Positions 40,541 to 53,242 of a stretch of 64,000 bases of DNA are shown piece after piece. Within the stretch, counting starts at the first letter, position 1; every line of letters starts with the position of its first letter. Position numbers and translations under genes: made by a program. The notes under the pieces are model-generated. The model did no database searches. It worked only from the letters and a program-made list of their open reading frames with translations, and was not told the origin of the DNA. Source of the stretch: Octopus bimaculoides (Eukaryota); assembly GCF_001194135.2 (NCBI RefSeq), contig NC_068996.1:24726724-24790723 (forward strand), written 5' to 3'.

Positions 40541-41799
40541 CTCTGTGACCTGACACATTATCACCATCTTTTTTTCTCTTTCCAGCTGGGGAAGCTAGGT
40601 ACCTCCTCTACAGTACAACACTTGTTTTTCTCTCTCTCTGTCATGCCTCTCAACACTTGGCATAAAGCCACTTCCCTCAATACTACACATCCATTTAGTC
40701 ATGGGAGTCTTGCCTTACAAATTACTTGGTGACCTCACTAGTGCCAGTGCTATGATAAAAGCACTTGGTACATGCTGTAAAATGGTTGTTGTTAAGAAGA
40801 ATTTTCTATGGCTGGATATCCTTCCTGTTACCAACACTCACCTATTTCAAAGATGATATTTCCCCATGACCAGACAGGTTTCCACAAAATATTTGGAACA
40901 AAGGATATTCTTTACATGATGGTGACACCATGTTGAAGCAAAGAGACAGCATGTATACACGTGCACACACTCACACAAAATGATTTTCTTCCAGTTTCCA
41001 TCTAGCATGTTCAGTCACAACAATTTTGTTGACCTAGGACTATAGATGTCACACAATGAGACAGAACCCAGGACCAGAGAGACAACATGCACTCACACAC
41101 ACACAAAATGATTTTCTTTCAGTTTCCATCTATCATGTTCACTCACAAAGATTTGGTTGGTCTAGGGTTATAGGTGCCATGCCTGCACGTATAATGTAAA
41201 TTAAATTAGCCAAGACAGTCCTGCTCAAAAATTTTAGGTATTACTTCACATATCCACAAAACAATGATTAAAAGTATTCTTCATCTATCGTTTATCAGAA
41301 TTGCTGATCAACAAGTGAGACTCAATATGGTTGCTTAAATTGCTAGAAATAACAGCCAAACTACATCCAATCTTTTATGTTTAACTTGTTTTAGTGTCAG
41401 GATACAGGTAAGTTGGAACACCACCTTGAAGAATTTAATCAAACAAATCAAAACCAGTACTTATTTTTAAGTCTGGTACTTATTCTATTAGCGTCTCGTA
41501 CTGCACTGTTAAGTCATGGGAATGTAATCAAACCAATGCCAGTTATCAAGTCATGGGGTGGCATGCACATACACACACAGATACATAATATATATAAAGG
41601 ATGCATTAGATAATGTAATACAGTATATACAATTCCTGAAAATTGGATGTCATAGGCCTGGTTGGGGCAGGGACCATTCGAGGTTAAACAAGGACAACTA
41701 CTCATTATGAAAATACCTATGGAAGGAGTCTAGGGTTGTTAGTTGTAATAAAGTCAGTAGCTATTCCTCACAACTGAAAAATTATTTAAAAATTAAAAA

Positions 41800-42270
41800 T
41801 CGAAATCGAACTAATTTCGACAGCTGGCACCCATGCCAACGTCGTCTCCTTCATTGGACATGAAACTCAGCTTGCGAAGACCTGTTGAGGCAAGCAAAAG
41901 CGAAATCAGGATGGCACCTGTGCCCAGCGTCGCCTTTCTGGCACTTGTGCCCGTGGCATGTGTAAGGACTTTCGAGTGAGATCGTTGCCAGTGCCCCTGG
42001 ACTGGCTCCTGTGCAGGTGGCACGTAAAATACACCATTTGAGCGTGGCTGTTGCCAGTACCACCTGACTGGCCTTCGTGCAGGTGGCACGTAAAAGCACC
42101 CACTACACTCTTGAGAGTGGTTGGCGTTAGGAAGGGCATCCAGCTGTAGAAACTCTGCCAAATCAGATTGGAGCCTGGTGTAGCCATCTGGTTTCACCAG
42201 TGCTCAGTCAAATCGTCCAACCCATGCTAGCATAGAAAGCGGACGTTAAACGACGATGATGATAATGATG
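41800..42270 (+). mobile_element. RTE 3'UTR-only copy (other copies: 18485..18745 -, 19738..20445 +, 27533..27762 +, 59365..59655 -, 62030..62245 +, 8990..9260 -)
   Basis: Shared core ggcgttaggaagggcatccagctgtagaaac...aacccatgctagcatggaaagcggacgttaaacgatgatg, the same sequence that follows the RT ORF at 9.6 kb and 32.3 kb. Confidence 0.85.
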
Positions 42271-42601
42271 ATAAAAATAATAAAGGGATAAATCAAATTT
42301 AGAAAGAAGTCTAGTTACAACTTTGCAAGCCCATTATTCATGTATTAATAATATTCAACCTTGTTAAGACAGTGAGCTGGCAGAATCGTTAGCACATTGG
42401 GTGAAATGCTTAGTGGTATTTCATCCATCTTTAAACTTCGAGTTCAAATTTTGTTGAAGTTGACTTTGCTTTTCATCCTTTTGAGGTTGATAAAATGAGT
42501 ACAAGTTGAGCACTGGGGTTGATGTCTTTGACTTACCTCCTCTGAAAACTTGAAAGCAATATTTGACCTGGTTGTAATATTTAAGTGGATCCATCTAAAG
42601 G

Positions 42602-42811
42602 TTAACCCTTTTGTTACCAACCTGTCTGAGACTGTCCTTGGTTCTAGAGAACAAATAACTGTTTTTGACGTGATCTAAATCAAAATATCATACTAATTTA
42701 AGTTCCAAATACCAGCTTAATGACAAAATTATTTTACCAAATTTTTAATTATTTAAAAAATTAATTGAAAGGAAGTGTATTTTATCAGATATATGGTAAT
42801 GAAAAGGTTAA
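42602..42811. mobile_element. piggyBac-type MITE family 2 (~190-210 bp; also 18115..18311 and 25468..25652)
   Basis: TTAA|CCCTTTT...AAAAGG|TTAA termini and shared internal motifs (ccagcttaat..gacaaaattatttt, aaaggaagtg). Confidence 0.7.
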
Positions 42812-45429
42812 TCAATGTTTATATTCGAGCCAGCAAGGAAACCTCAATGCAGTCACTCAATTTACAAGAAATAGCAGTGAAATTTCCCTCAAATCACACT
42901 TTACTATTTACTTAGAAATAAAGCACATTTGGATAACACAATTGTAAATATTAAGAATAAAAGAAAGAAAAAGAAATTGCAGCAGGCATGCTTTTGATGA
43001 AAAGCTTGCTTAATCAAGACTGACCTACAGCCAAATGATGACAGCGTAGTCACCAGATTTGCAGAGTTTAAAAATGATATGAATGAACTACAGATTAAAT
43101 TTAATAAGTCTTGTTAAATTCACATTCACACACATTCAGAATACAACCATTTATAAACTTCTAATGGCTCAACATTTTTCTTTCCATGGTTTCTTATGAA
43201 TATAATTGAGAATTACATTGTGCCATGTTAAAAGCACCTAGTGCACTCAGTAAAGTGGTTGGTGTTAGAAAGGGCATCCAGCTGTAGAAACCAAGCCAAA
43301 AGAGACTATAAAACCTGGTGCAACCCTTTGCTTACCAGATCCTGTAAAACCATCCAACTCATGACAGCATGGTAAATGGATATTAAATAATGAATACTTA
43401 GATGTTTTGTTCATTGACTACAATAGACTCAGATCTTCACCTTCTCCGAACAGACATTATTCTATCAATTAAATTGAAATAATTAAAACAAATTGAAATG
43501 GTCAAGGCAACATCTTAAGAGTGTGGTTTCTTTACCGTCCAATATTATAATAAAGTAGTTTCTCCCAAACAGATAAACAAAATCAAAGAACACAGTTTAT
43601 GTCCACAAATATTCTTTTATTTGTTTCAGTCATTAGACTGTAGCCATGCTTTGGGGGCATTGCCCTTGAGGACTTAGTCAATCACGTTGACTACTAATAT
43701 TAAATCAGGGTACTTATTTTATCAATCCTATTTCTTGAACAATTAAATTAAGAAACATACACAAATATAAACTCAGACAGAAACATACGTACATGTATAT
43801 GTAGGTACAGAATTGCTTGTATGGCTAGGAAGTTCTTCTCACATGTGGTTTTAAGTTCAGTTCCACTGTGCAGTACATTGGGTGAAGCTCAGTATCTTTT
43901 AGTATAGTCCTAAACTGACCAATGCCTTATGACTGACCAATTTGGTAGATGGAAATTACAAAGCCCATTGTCTGTCGTAGTCATCATCATTTAACATCTG
44001 TTCTCTATACTGGCATGGGTTGGACAATTTGATAACAGTTGGCAAGCCAAAAGGCTACACTGAGCCCTATTGTCTATTTTGGTATGGTTTCTACAGCTGG
44101 ATTCCTTTCCTAAGGCCAGGCACTTTACAGAGTACACTGGGTGTTTTTTTTCGTAGCATCAGCAGGGTCAACAAGTGTCTTGCAAGACAAGACAAACTCC
44201 CCCACCCACCAACTGGTGGGAGTAGTATAGAGGTAGGAGCTTTGTGTCAGTTGATGAGAGGTTAAAAGAATAACAGTGGGATAGAGATAGGTGTCTTTCT
44301 GTAGAAGAGATACAAGGATATCCCAGTCGAAGAAGAAATGGAGAGAGTGGGACAGATAATGATGGATATGTGTCAGGACATACCCTCAAAGTACGGATGG
44401 TGGTGGTGGTGTATAGGTGAAGTGATACAGAGGGTGGGGGAGACAGAGAGGAAAATTTCATAAGAATGCTAGAAGATGGTTAGATGGGATAGAGGTGACT
44501 GTAGTAACTGAAGGTGAGATATATGAGTAGCTCAGTAGGATGGGGTGGTTATGTTAGATATGTGAGCACATGGAGAGAGATAGAAGAAGAAAGAGGTTTA
44601 AAGATGGAGCATAGCAGAGAGGAAAGCACACGGCTGGAGGAAGATAATGAGGAATGGAAGTGATTCTAAGAATGGAGTCTAGCAGAGGAGAGAGAAAGCA
44701 TAGCTGGAGAAAGATAATATAGAATGGGAATGGTTCTGAGAAAGGGGAAGATAACAAAAGGGTTGGGGTGCATAGCATGTGCCTATTCTGCTCTCAGGTG
44801 ATTATGGTAGCTGAATAATATCAGAGGTAAAGAAGTGATGAGTGTAGGTAATGAGATGTGGAGGAAGTTTGATGGGGCAGAGAGAATGGCGGTGAGGCAG
44901 AGCTTTGCAAGAGCAAGCATTTACCATGGTGGTCTTAGGATATCAATTATGTTGTGGTGGCGGGGTGTTTCTCAAGCAGATATCCTCTGCATTTAAGGTC
45001 TACATCTCACCACCATATAGCATTTACAATGTGTACACAAGCACTATATAAGCTTCCTTTCACTTGGGTGACGTATGGGATAAAAGATTCTTTACTTGGA
45101 AAATAAGCAATGGTTAATGACAGGAAGGGCAGACAGCCATAAAACAATGTCTCGATATATGTCTACCCCATGCTAACATGGAAAACAGTTGTAAATACAA
45201 ATAAACAAGTATTTATGTATGTGCAAATGTGTATGATGCATTTCTATTGTAAGTCTCAAGGCTGTAGTAGAAGACACTTTCTCAAAATGCCATTCAGTGG
45301 GACTGAAGCTGAAAACCTGATAAATTGCAAAGAAACTTCTTACCAATTAGCTATGTTAAGGGTGTGCAGGTATTTTGAAAATACCTTACAGAGTGACAAC
45401 TGTGCCCTGTATAGTTACTGGCTGCCCTT

Positions 45430-47560
45430 TGGCAAGGCATAGCACCCTTTTAGTCACCCTGCCAGAGAAATGGCAAAGTCATAGGACTGCAGCATGGCAG
45501 ATTGTGAAAAGATTGTAAACCAACGCTTCTTCTTACATTGGTGCTGAGTGGAGGAATCCTAGAAGATCAATGGTCAGGATTACCAATTTCTATCAAGACT
45601 AGCCAAACCTGAGGAGTCATTTATAGTAGCAGCAGAAAAGTAGAGAGGTAAGAAGCATGAATGACTGTTGTTCAGGACAGAGGCCAGAGTGTACCTATTA
45701 GTTTACTTTATGCATAAAAGCTGGGTGGCCTGTCTTTGGATGTAGTCTAGCATATCCATGTGCAACAGTAAAACCGTCCTACATGTGAGGCAATATTTCA
45801 TTTTGGACCAAATTTGAGCTTTGTAGAAGTATCAGCAGTTGATGGTGGTTGAAGTATTCTCTGATCCTGAAGAGAAGGATCAGTCTTTGGAATGCATTCC
45901 TAGTTATGTTAAGGAGTACTTTTACCAGGAAAGACCTCAGTGATAGTGAAGTTTAATAACTAGCAATTTGAGCTGTGAAGGTTTTAGTTGAGTGCTGCTC
46001 ATGTTTAAGAGGTATGTGATATATTCTTGATATGAGCAGTGTTTCTTTTGTTTTTGTTTTTTGAGGGATGCTAAAAGATAAGAGTTGCATGGTCCCATGG
46101 GCAGATGCTTTCAAGACATCCATTCATAAAATCATTGCAGGTTTGGTGTTTGGCAACTTGATAGCACATGAATAATGCTTAGTTGGAGAAGGTCAGGGAA
46201 GAATGTTGGGTTATAGTATTAGCTGTATAAGAGTGAGTAGTGTTCGATATGTTGGGGCACATTAGTGTTCATAGAGTGAGAAAGAGAAAGGGTACCACTG
46301 TGAGTAAAAGAGGATCTTCAATGGGGGATCTAATTTCTTTCCTTGATGACCACCAGGACAGCTCTATGGAAGCCATTCTGGTGGTTATTAAAGAGAGAGA
46401 GACACTCATGTTGTTGAAGGACATGGCTCTTAATGACAGTCACTATTGATTTTCAGATAACTGGAAGAAAATATGTTAGGAAGATAATTAACAGGGTCTA
46501 AGACACAATGGACTCAGTGTTTGAAGATAATAGAAGAAAATTGTTAGGGCTGGTGGTCTTGTCATTTAGAAGCAACAGGAGTTTTTTGTGCACACTATGT
46601 AAGTGGGGTACTTGGTGGACTGAAAGGGTATAGATGTGGAGATGTCATGTCTGTGTAGTATAGAATAGTCTGCAAGAATAGGCAGAGAAAGTGGGGGCTT
46701 TCTCCATAGTTGGTAAAGATTCTTTTGGCTAGGGACTAGAAGGACAAGTTGCAGTATTGGAGACAAGATAGCCTGAGTAGTGTGATATATGAAGGAACTG
46801 TCCACAGTTTGGACAATGATCATGCTCGAGCTGCATTTCTGGAAAACACCATCCAGCTTTGGGCAGTGGGTGAGTTTCTCCAGACTTTTTAAACTTTGTT
46901 GCACTGTTATAAATGAACCACTTGTGACACTGAGTTTTCGTTGTGTGGGACATGGACAAATATATCCAAAAAGGTAGCTTCAGTTTACTAACTGTTTTTT
47001 TTTTTTGATAGGTCAAATGTGAAGTACATGTACAGGGGAAGAGAGAGGGTGTTGTGTTTTGGGCAGTTGCAATGAGGCTGTGGTTGTAAGACCAGACAGA
47101 TTATGATTTATAGAGCTTAGGTTTTGAGGTAAGGAAGAGATCAAGAGCATTTAGAGTGTCTCTGTGTTAGTCTGGGATGCAAGTAGGGGATGAAACAAGT
47201 TGATGAAGAATGTTGAGAACAGCAATATATTTGGATTCTGTGCCTGTAGCAAATGGTATGGGATTAACATGTGAGTTGTGGATGTTGAAGCCAGCATGGA
47301 CATTGATTTTTGAGAGAGGTGAAATGATAGATATGTTCTTGATGCAGGAGATATAGATATAATCAAAAGGGTACTGGGGATTCAAGAAGATTGGAGAAAG
47401 ATAGAGAGTCCAGATGTATTTTAGAGAATGTAGGAAGACATTGAGTAAGAGTAACCTGAAGTTATAACTGCTAAAACCCAGATGGAGGTGTGTGATAGGG
47501 AGAGTAGAATCTATGTGTGCACAGATGCCACCTTTTAGAGTGAAATTTTATTAGGGAGTT
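45430..47560 (-). mobile_element. Degenerate APE-RT non-LTR retrotransposon (I/Jockey/CR1-like superclade, not RTE)
   Basis: Endonuclease remnant (INVHAGFNIHNSH...LNILHQLVSSPTCIPD) and RT C-terminal remnant (YKAQIWSKMKYC...MLDYIQRQATQL, cf. YKAQIRP.MEYC...LDRIQRRA). Confidence 0.72.
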
Positions 47561-50500
47561 AATCTAGAGTGTGGAAATGGATTCTAAATATCATCATTTA
47601 ACATCCACTTTGCAAGGGCCAGACAAAACTTTTTGAGGCAAATTTTCGAGTTAGATGCCCTTCCTGTCACCAACTCTCATCTGTTTCCAAGCAAGGTAAT
47701 ATTTTCCCATAGCTAAACATTCTTTTTCCCTAAAGACTGGAAATAAACAACCTTGTATAATGTCGATGCTCATTTACAATCATTATGCGATGTCAAGACA
47801 AAGGTATACACAAACACATACATACAACAGGCTTCTTTTGGTTTCTGCCCATCAAATTCACTCATAAAGCTTTGTAACACTTGCCCAAGGTGTCAAGCAG
47901 TGGGACTGAACTCCAAAACTTCTCAACTGCACAGCTATGTCTGTAACTATTTATAAGCAGGGTGGAGAAATTTGTGTTATGGAGAGGAGAAAGAAACTAT
48001 ATTTTTTGCTATACATATATTACCTCTTTCTGCCTGGCGAGTTTTTATTTATCATTCTTATCTTTATGTTATGCTCTAGAAAGAACTATTTACAATAATC
48101 CATGACAAATACTAATTCACTTCTCTCTGCCTTTCTATTGTGATTAACTTCATAAAATTATTGAAAATGTGTTAAAAAGAATAATGAACATAGCATGTTG
48201 ATCATTCTGTCACTACAATTCTATTGAAATGTACTGCATCTGTTTCAATTAAATTTGAAAATAATGAAGACATTAGTAAATCAATTTATTAAGCTGATGG
48301 AAAATAGCAAGCTGGCAGAATCATTAGTATGCTGGACAAAATGATGAGTGGCATTGTATGCTGGACAAACTGATGAGTGGAATTTTGTTCATCTTTGAGA
48401 TTTGTGTTCAAACTCTGCTATGGTTGATTTTGCCTACTATTCTTTTGGAATTAATGAATTTAGTACCGATCAAGTCCTGGGATTGACATAATTGACTAGC
48501 CCCCTCCCACAAAGAATTTCAGGCCAAGTGCATATTGTAGACAAGATTATTAAACTGGTGTTTGGAGCTTATAGTTTACAGATATAAACTATCTATATTG
48601 TTCTGCTAGTAAGTTGGTAATATTTTAACAAATCTGAATGCACTGTACTATACTTGTCTTCCAAAGAAAAATGCACAGGGCTGGATTAGAAGCTCATTTC
48701 CCAATGAATGAAGTACCTTATCTGTCCTGCCGAGCTGATTCTAAAGATATACAACAATTTTAAATAACTATTTCCAAGTTGTTTATCTTAATTATATATT
48801 GAGTCGACAATAGATTACATCTTGAATTTTATTCCATAGACTATCAGTTAATTATCTAACAAATGGTGTACTGTATAGATTATGTCGTCTATTTTGTTTC
48901 ATAGTAATGCTATAGAAGTACAAAAGATATTTTGATTCCTATTACAACCTTGCATTGACAATAAATAATATTAGACTCTTCATTTTAAAGAACTTTCGTT
49001 TAGGATTTCAAAGAGGAATTCAATAAAAATAATTTTTTTCTCTACAGTAAAAGGATAAGTACAAAAACTGACAAACTGTCACATGTTTCATCAAAACCTA
49101 ATGTCAATGGAGGTAATTGTAAACAAAAACCCAACTTTCGATAATACTTTACTCATACCATTTGGCAAGGAACCATTCTCATGGAATATATCAATGCTCA
49201 GTTGATTTCTCAACCAATACACCCTACACATACAAATAATTACTTCTCAGATGCTGCAATCTTTTACTTTCAATATCTCTATGTTGTTTCCTCAGATTAC
49301 ACTATCAATTGGAACACTTTAACTGTGATAGAGGTTAAGGCTGAAGTTTAATTTTTCACCCGAAAGAAATGGAGTACTCACTTCATATAAAAAATGATTA
49401 TAGAAACACCATAATAACAAGACAGATAAGATAATTTAATTTCTTTTGCTAACATTCTACATGAATTTTCCTATTGGTAAATCCCGTATTTGCATGGATT
49501 CTTTAGAGTTTCCCCTTAATATTAAATACTTAACCGTGAAATTGATAAATGTGTTTTTTTTTTAATATTTGGGCTGAGGCAAGTAGAGTGATCTACCTTG
49601 ACTTTAATATGGTCATGACTTGGCAAAAATCTATGTGTTATGTCGCAAAAATTAATCATCTATCCCGATAATAAATAAATACTGACGACCATAACGATGG
49701 TACCTAAAATAATAATGCAGATTGAGTTTTTTTTTCTTTTCTGAAACACCATAATAGTACATTTCTTCAAAATAATTATCTACAAACAGTAGTTTTGTAC
49801 CTATGAGTTTTTAAGTAATGGAAAGTATTTTTACCAACAATATTTTTGTAATAGAAATCAATTCAGTTTTGAATTACAGTAATTGACTTTTGCTTCGTCT
49901 AGATCTATTTCTATCAGCTGCTGGTTTAATTTTAAATGGAACAGGAACTCCCCAGAGATTTAGGTTCAACAGGAAATTTACATTTCCACGGAAAAGAAAT
50001 ACGTTAACAATACGTGCAATAATGACCAAATAAATTGGTACAAGCAACCCGTAAAAATATGAGAGTTCCTTAAAACGTACGAGGCAAGCGTTGACATGAG
50101 ATTTCATATTGTGTCCGTTATCTATTCTTTAAGGCAGATTTTCTATTTAATAGAAGGAAATAGAGTAACAATTAAAAAAAAAAAACTAAAACAAAAACAA
50201 AAAAACCGTTTTCCTCCAATGTGTATAGCAAGATATATATTTTAAAGGCAGTCAAACCACACATTTCTGATGAAACATCACCATTGTTAAAATAAATATG
50301 GAATATAACATGACTTTTGAGAACTATGTGAAAGTTATAATAAGTATTGTAAAAATTTAAGTGCAACTTCCTAACCGAACTAATTAAAAATTAAAAGGTT
50401 TAACATTCTTAACACCAAAAATCACCGAAGTCTTATGTAATTTCTGATATTAATTATAATTCAGTAATGACTTCTCTACAGAATCCAATTTTTAGTTTTT

Positions 50501-51769
50501 CTTCGTTGATAAAAGAATGAAACTGATATGGCACGTTTGTTCATTAAATAATAGGGGAGAGGTATCATATACTTAATATTAAGATACGGCTTTTGCTTTA
50601 ATGATTTACAAACGAACCTTAAATCATGACTGTGCAATAAATATTTTAAAATTTTAACATTTTGTGAGGTTAGAAAAGGTGTTTGAAACATGTGACACAA
50701 CTTAAGTACGCTACCATTTTAAAACAGCCCGTAATAAAAAGGTCATGTAACTAATGAAGTGTATTTAATTAACTAAAATTAGATTACTTTATTACTCTAA
50801 TTTTACAGTTTTATAAGATGCAAAAATATGAATATAGAAGCTTCATCTAAAAATGTCATTCAGTAATCTAAACAGATCAATAAATTATATATAAATAAAA
50901 AAGTTTTCATAAAAAATATCTAAAAATATTTTCGATAAAAATGAAATTAGATTTATACAATGAATGTTCATGAAAAAAAAAAAAAAAGGCGTGGAAAGTG
51001 TTTTTTATGGTTAAGATTAGTTATGGTTAAGTAAAGAAATTGTAATATAGTGTTGCTTTTCTTGACAGTGGTATGGAATTGAAGTAGATTTACTCTAATA
51101 AAATAAAAGCAATTGAACAAATATATTGCAACGCCAAAACTAACACAGAAAATACAGTCAAGAAATATTTGAGAAAACAGCAACTTCTCAAGAAGTAGGA
51201 TTGTTGCCGTGAAATCTAAGCATGGAACACCGCAATCTCTATTCGAGGAGTGGCCAAGAGCTCCGTTTAAATAAATACATGAATAAACTCCACACCATAT
51301 AATGAGAGGTCTCTATCTTTTATATGTATAAACGCAGATGAGTGGATGTGTGTGTGTGTATGATGCACAATGTTTACGTACATGATGGACATATATAGGT
51401 AAGGAAGGATGAACAGAAGAAAAACATGTTTAGAGAAGAGACCCTCATCAAAGTCTGATGAGATTGACTCAATTAAGGATAGTGGTATGTTAACTGAAAT
51501 ATGCTACTGAGAGCAACAACGAATAAAAATAACACAGGAGATAAATCACATCAATCCCCCACTCCCCGTTTTTTGAAATAAAATCCAATACTATCAAAAA
51601 GTTGAGTATTCGTAAAAGAGAAAAAAAAATTCATCGTTGATTTTTTTTCTTCTCCTTTCTGTTATAGAGCTTGTTCGCCCAACCGAATGTTCATATATGT
51701 AAAACATTGCTGTCGGCTGAACTAAAGTGTTCGATTAAGTAGTTTAGCGAATAAAGTGTTGCGATTTAC

Positions 51770-51847
51770 CTTATTTTCGTGATCTTCTGTAGAAGTTAAT
51801 GCGGTTTCATCATTGTCCAAACGTTGTTCAGTGGACTCAGCACTCAT
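51770..51847 (-). CDS. CLPTM1: CLPTM1 coding exon 1 (MSAESTEQRLDNDETALTSTEDHENK)
   Basis: ATG at 51847 (acatcATGA), 26 open codons, donor AAG|gtaaat, phase 0 matching the next exon. Acidic N-terminus is not conserved, so the call rests on position, phase and splice signals. Confidence 0.78.
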
Positions 51848-52140
51848 GATGTTGTTAGACATTACACAGTTACAGAGATGTACTCACGACTGAAACGATC
51901 TAAGCGAAAATGCCCGTGTTACACATATCGTCTTATACTTCTCCACTACAAAGTACAACACAGCTTACGTTATTTTCAAATATTATTACAAATTACTCTA
52001 AAGTGAGAAATAAATTCGGAAAATACGAAAAATAATTGAATTTGATAAAAATAGATTTTGAAATCTTTAAAAAAATCACCTGATAATAATACGCAACTTT
52101 CCAGGAGCTCTACATGCAACGTGACAAGTATAATATCAAG
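51848..52140. promoter_or_regulatory. Compact bidirectional promoter and 5'UTR region shared by CLPTM1 (-) and MEN1 (+)
   Basis: 293 bp separate the divergent ATGs. Candidate MEN1 5'UTR intron 52003..52104 (AAA|gtgaga...ctttccag|). A YY1-like CAAGATGGCG overlaps the MEN1 ATG. TSSs are not directly visible. Confidence 0.7.
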
Positions 52141-52555
52141 ATGGCGGGCCTCCGGGATTGCGTCGCACGTTACTTCCCTTTTCAAAATATCCAGGATGTC
52201 GTAAAATTGTTTGAAGAACAGTTAAACAAACCCGAAGATCCAGATTTAACACTCCTTTCTATTGTGCTTGGTGCAATTGAGAATATTTTAACTGTCAATC
52301 GCACTGTCCTAACTGATGTTGATTGTTCGAAAAGTCTGGAGCCAATTTTTCCAGCTATCGAATTTTCAACAGTTGAGGTTCTTTACAATAAGTTTGTTAC
52401 AATTGTGAAAAGTTCCGTAGATTTAACAGAATATAAATCAGAGTATGCTACTCGTGAGCTGGTCAAGAAAGTATCAGATGTAATTTGGAGCTCCCTCACT
52501 CGCAGTAATTACAAAGATAAAGCTCACCTACAATCACTTTATAGCTTTTTGACAG
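52141..52555 (+). CDS. MEN1: Menin, first coding exon (MAGLRDCVARYFP...[34 protein letters not shown])
   Basis: ATG in strong context aagATGg; 415 nt ending ACAG|gtaag (phase 1). Matches the human menin N-terminus (FPLRSIDDVVRLF...PDLVLLSLVLG...[35 protein letters not shown]), with the intron at the same position. Confidence 0.97.
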
Positions 52556-53242
52556 GTAAGTCGATTCTTTAATTAAAGAAATGACAAGTGAATGTGCACC
52601 AATATACCTGTTATTCGACACAAGTAAGCATCATAAAACACACTATACTCATTTGTTGCATGTGCAAACAGGTCTTTGTATATTGATTATAGTTGTCTCT
52701 AGTCAACTGTGATTCTGGTTTTTATTTTAATATGATTAACTATACTTAAACACTGTTATTTTGTTTATATAATAAAGACGTTTTGATGAATAAATTTAAA
52801 AAAAAGCGAGTTACTTTCATTATATTCTTACATTATAGCTTTTACACGTTGTTTTATTGACCTGGTCAGGTTCGCGCGTTTGACACAAAAGGCGTTTTCA
52901 CAATAAATTCATCTTTGTTAACATATAACAACGATTTCAACTAATTTTTAAGCGATCCATGAAATGTAAAATCTAAAATTGATCTGCTGTCAATTCCGAT
53001 TTAATAAGTTTATTGTCAAATATCAACTGCGTAAAACGCGCCAGTTGTCATCCGCACTATTACAATTTGTTATCATTCAGGATGTTTGCTTTCCCGGGTT
53101 TTTTGCTTTTCTGTTTCAAGACTTGTTTTATTTTATTTTTATTTCTCCTTTACATAAAAGACAATTCTTATTATTCCAGTTAAATTATAAACTAAATTTT
53201 CTCCCAAAGAATCTATATTTTTACATTTTTTCTGTTTGAATG

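Noticed and set aside
40920-41180. Regularly spaced ~110-bp direct repeats (CRISPR-like or novel array)
   Set aside because: Two adjacent degenerate SINE-B fragments; no unique spacers, eukaryotic context.
44240-45000. Strongly purine-rich stretch (also ~26.6, 57.2 kb; pyrimidine-rich at ~6.0, 28.1, 40.1 kb) as a novel low-complexity element
   Set aside because: Similar tracts follow RTE ORF ends elsewhere in the window; most simply the decayed 3' region of an older LINE subfamily.
51425-51470. ctcatcaaagtctgatgag hairpin, reverse strand ttgatgagggtctc...taaac, as a Penelope-type hammerhead ribozyme
   Set aside because: Core CUGAUGA/GAAA nucleotides are mutated or missing and stems I/III are not evident.
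52114-52140. In-frame upstream ATG giving menin a 9-aa extension (MQRDKYNIK)
   Set aside because: Weak context (tacATGc) versus strong aagATGg at 52141, which aligns with the menin N-terminus; leaky use cannot be excluded.
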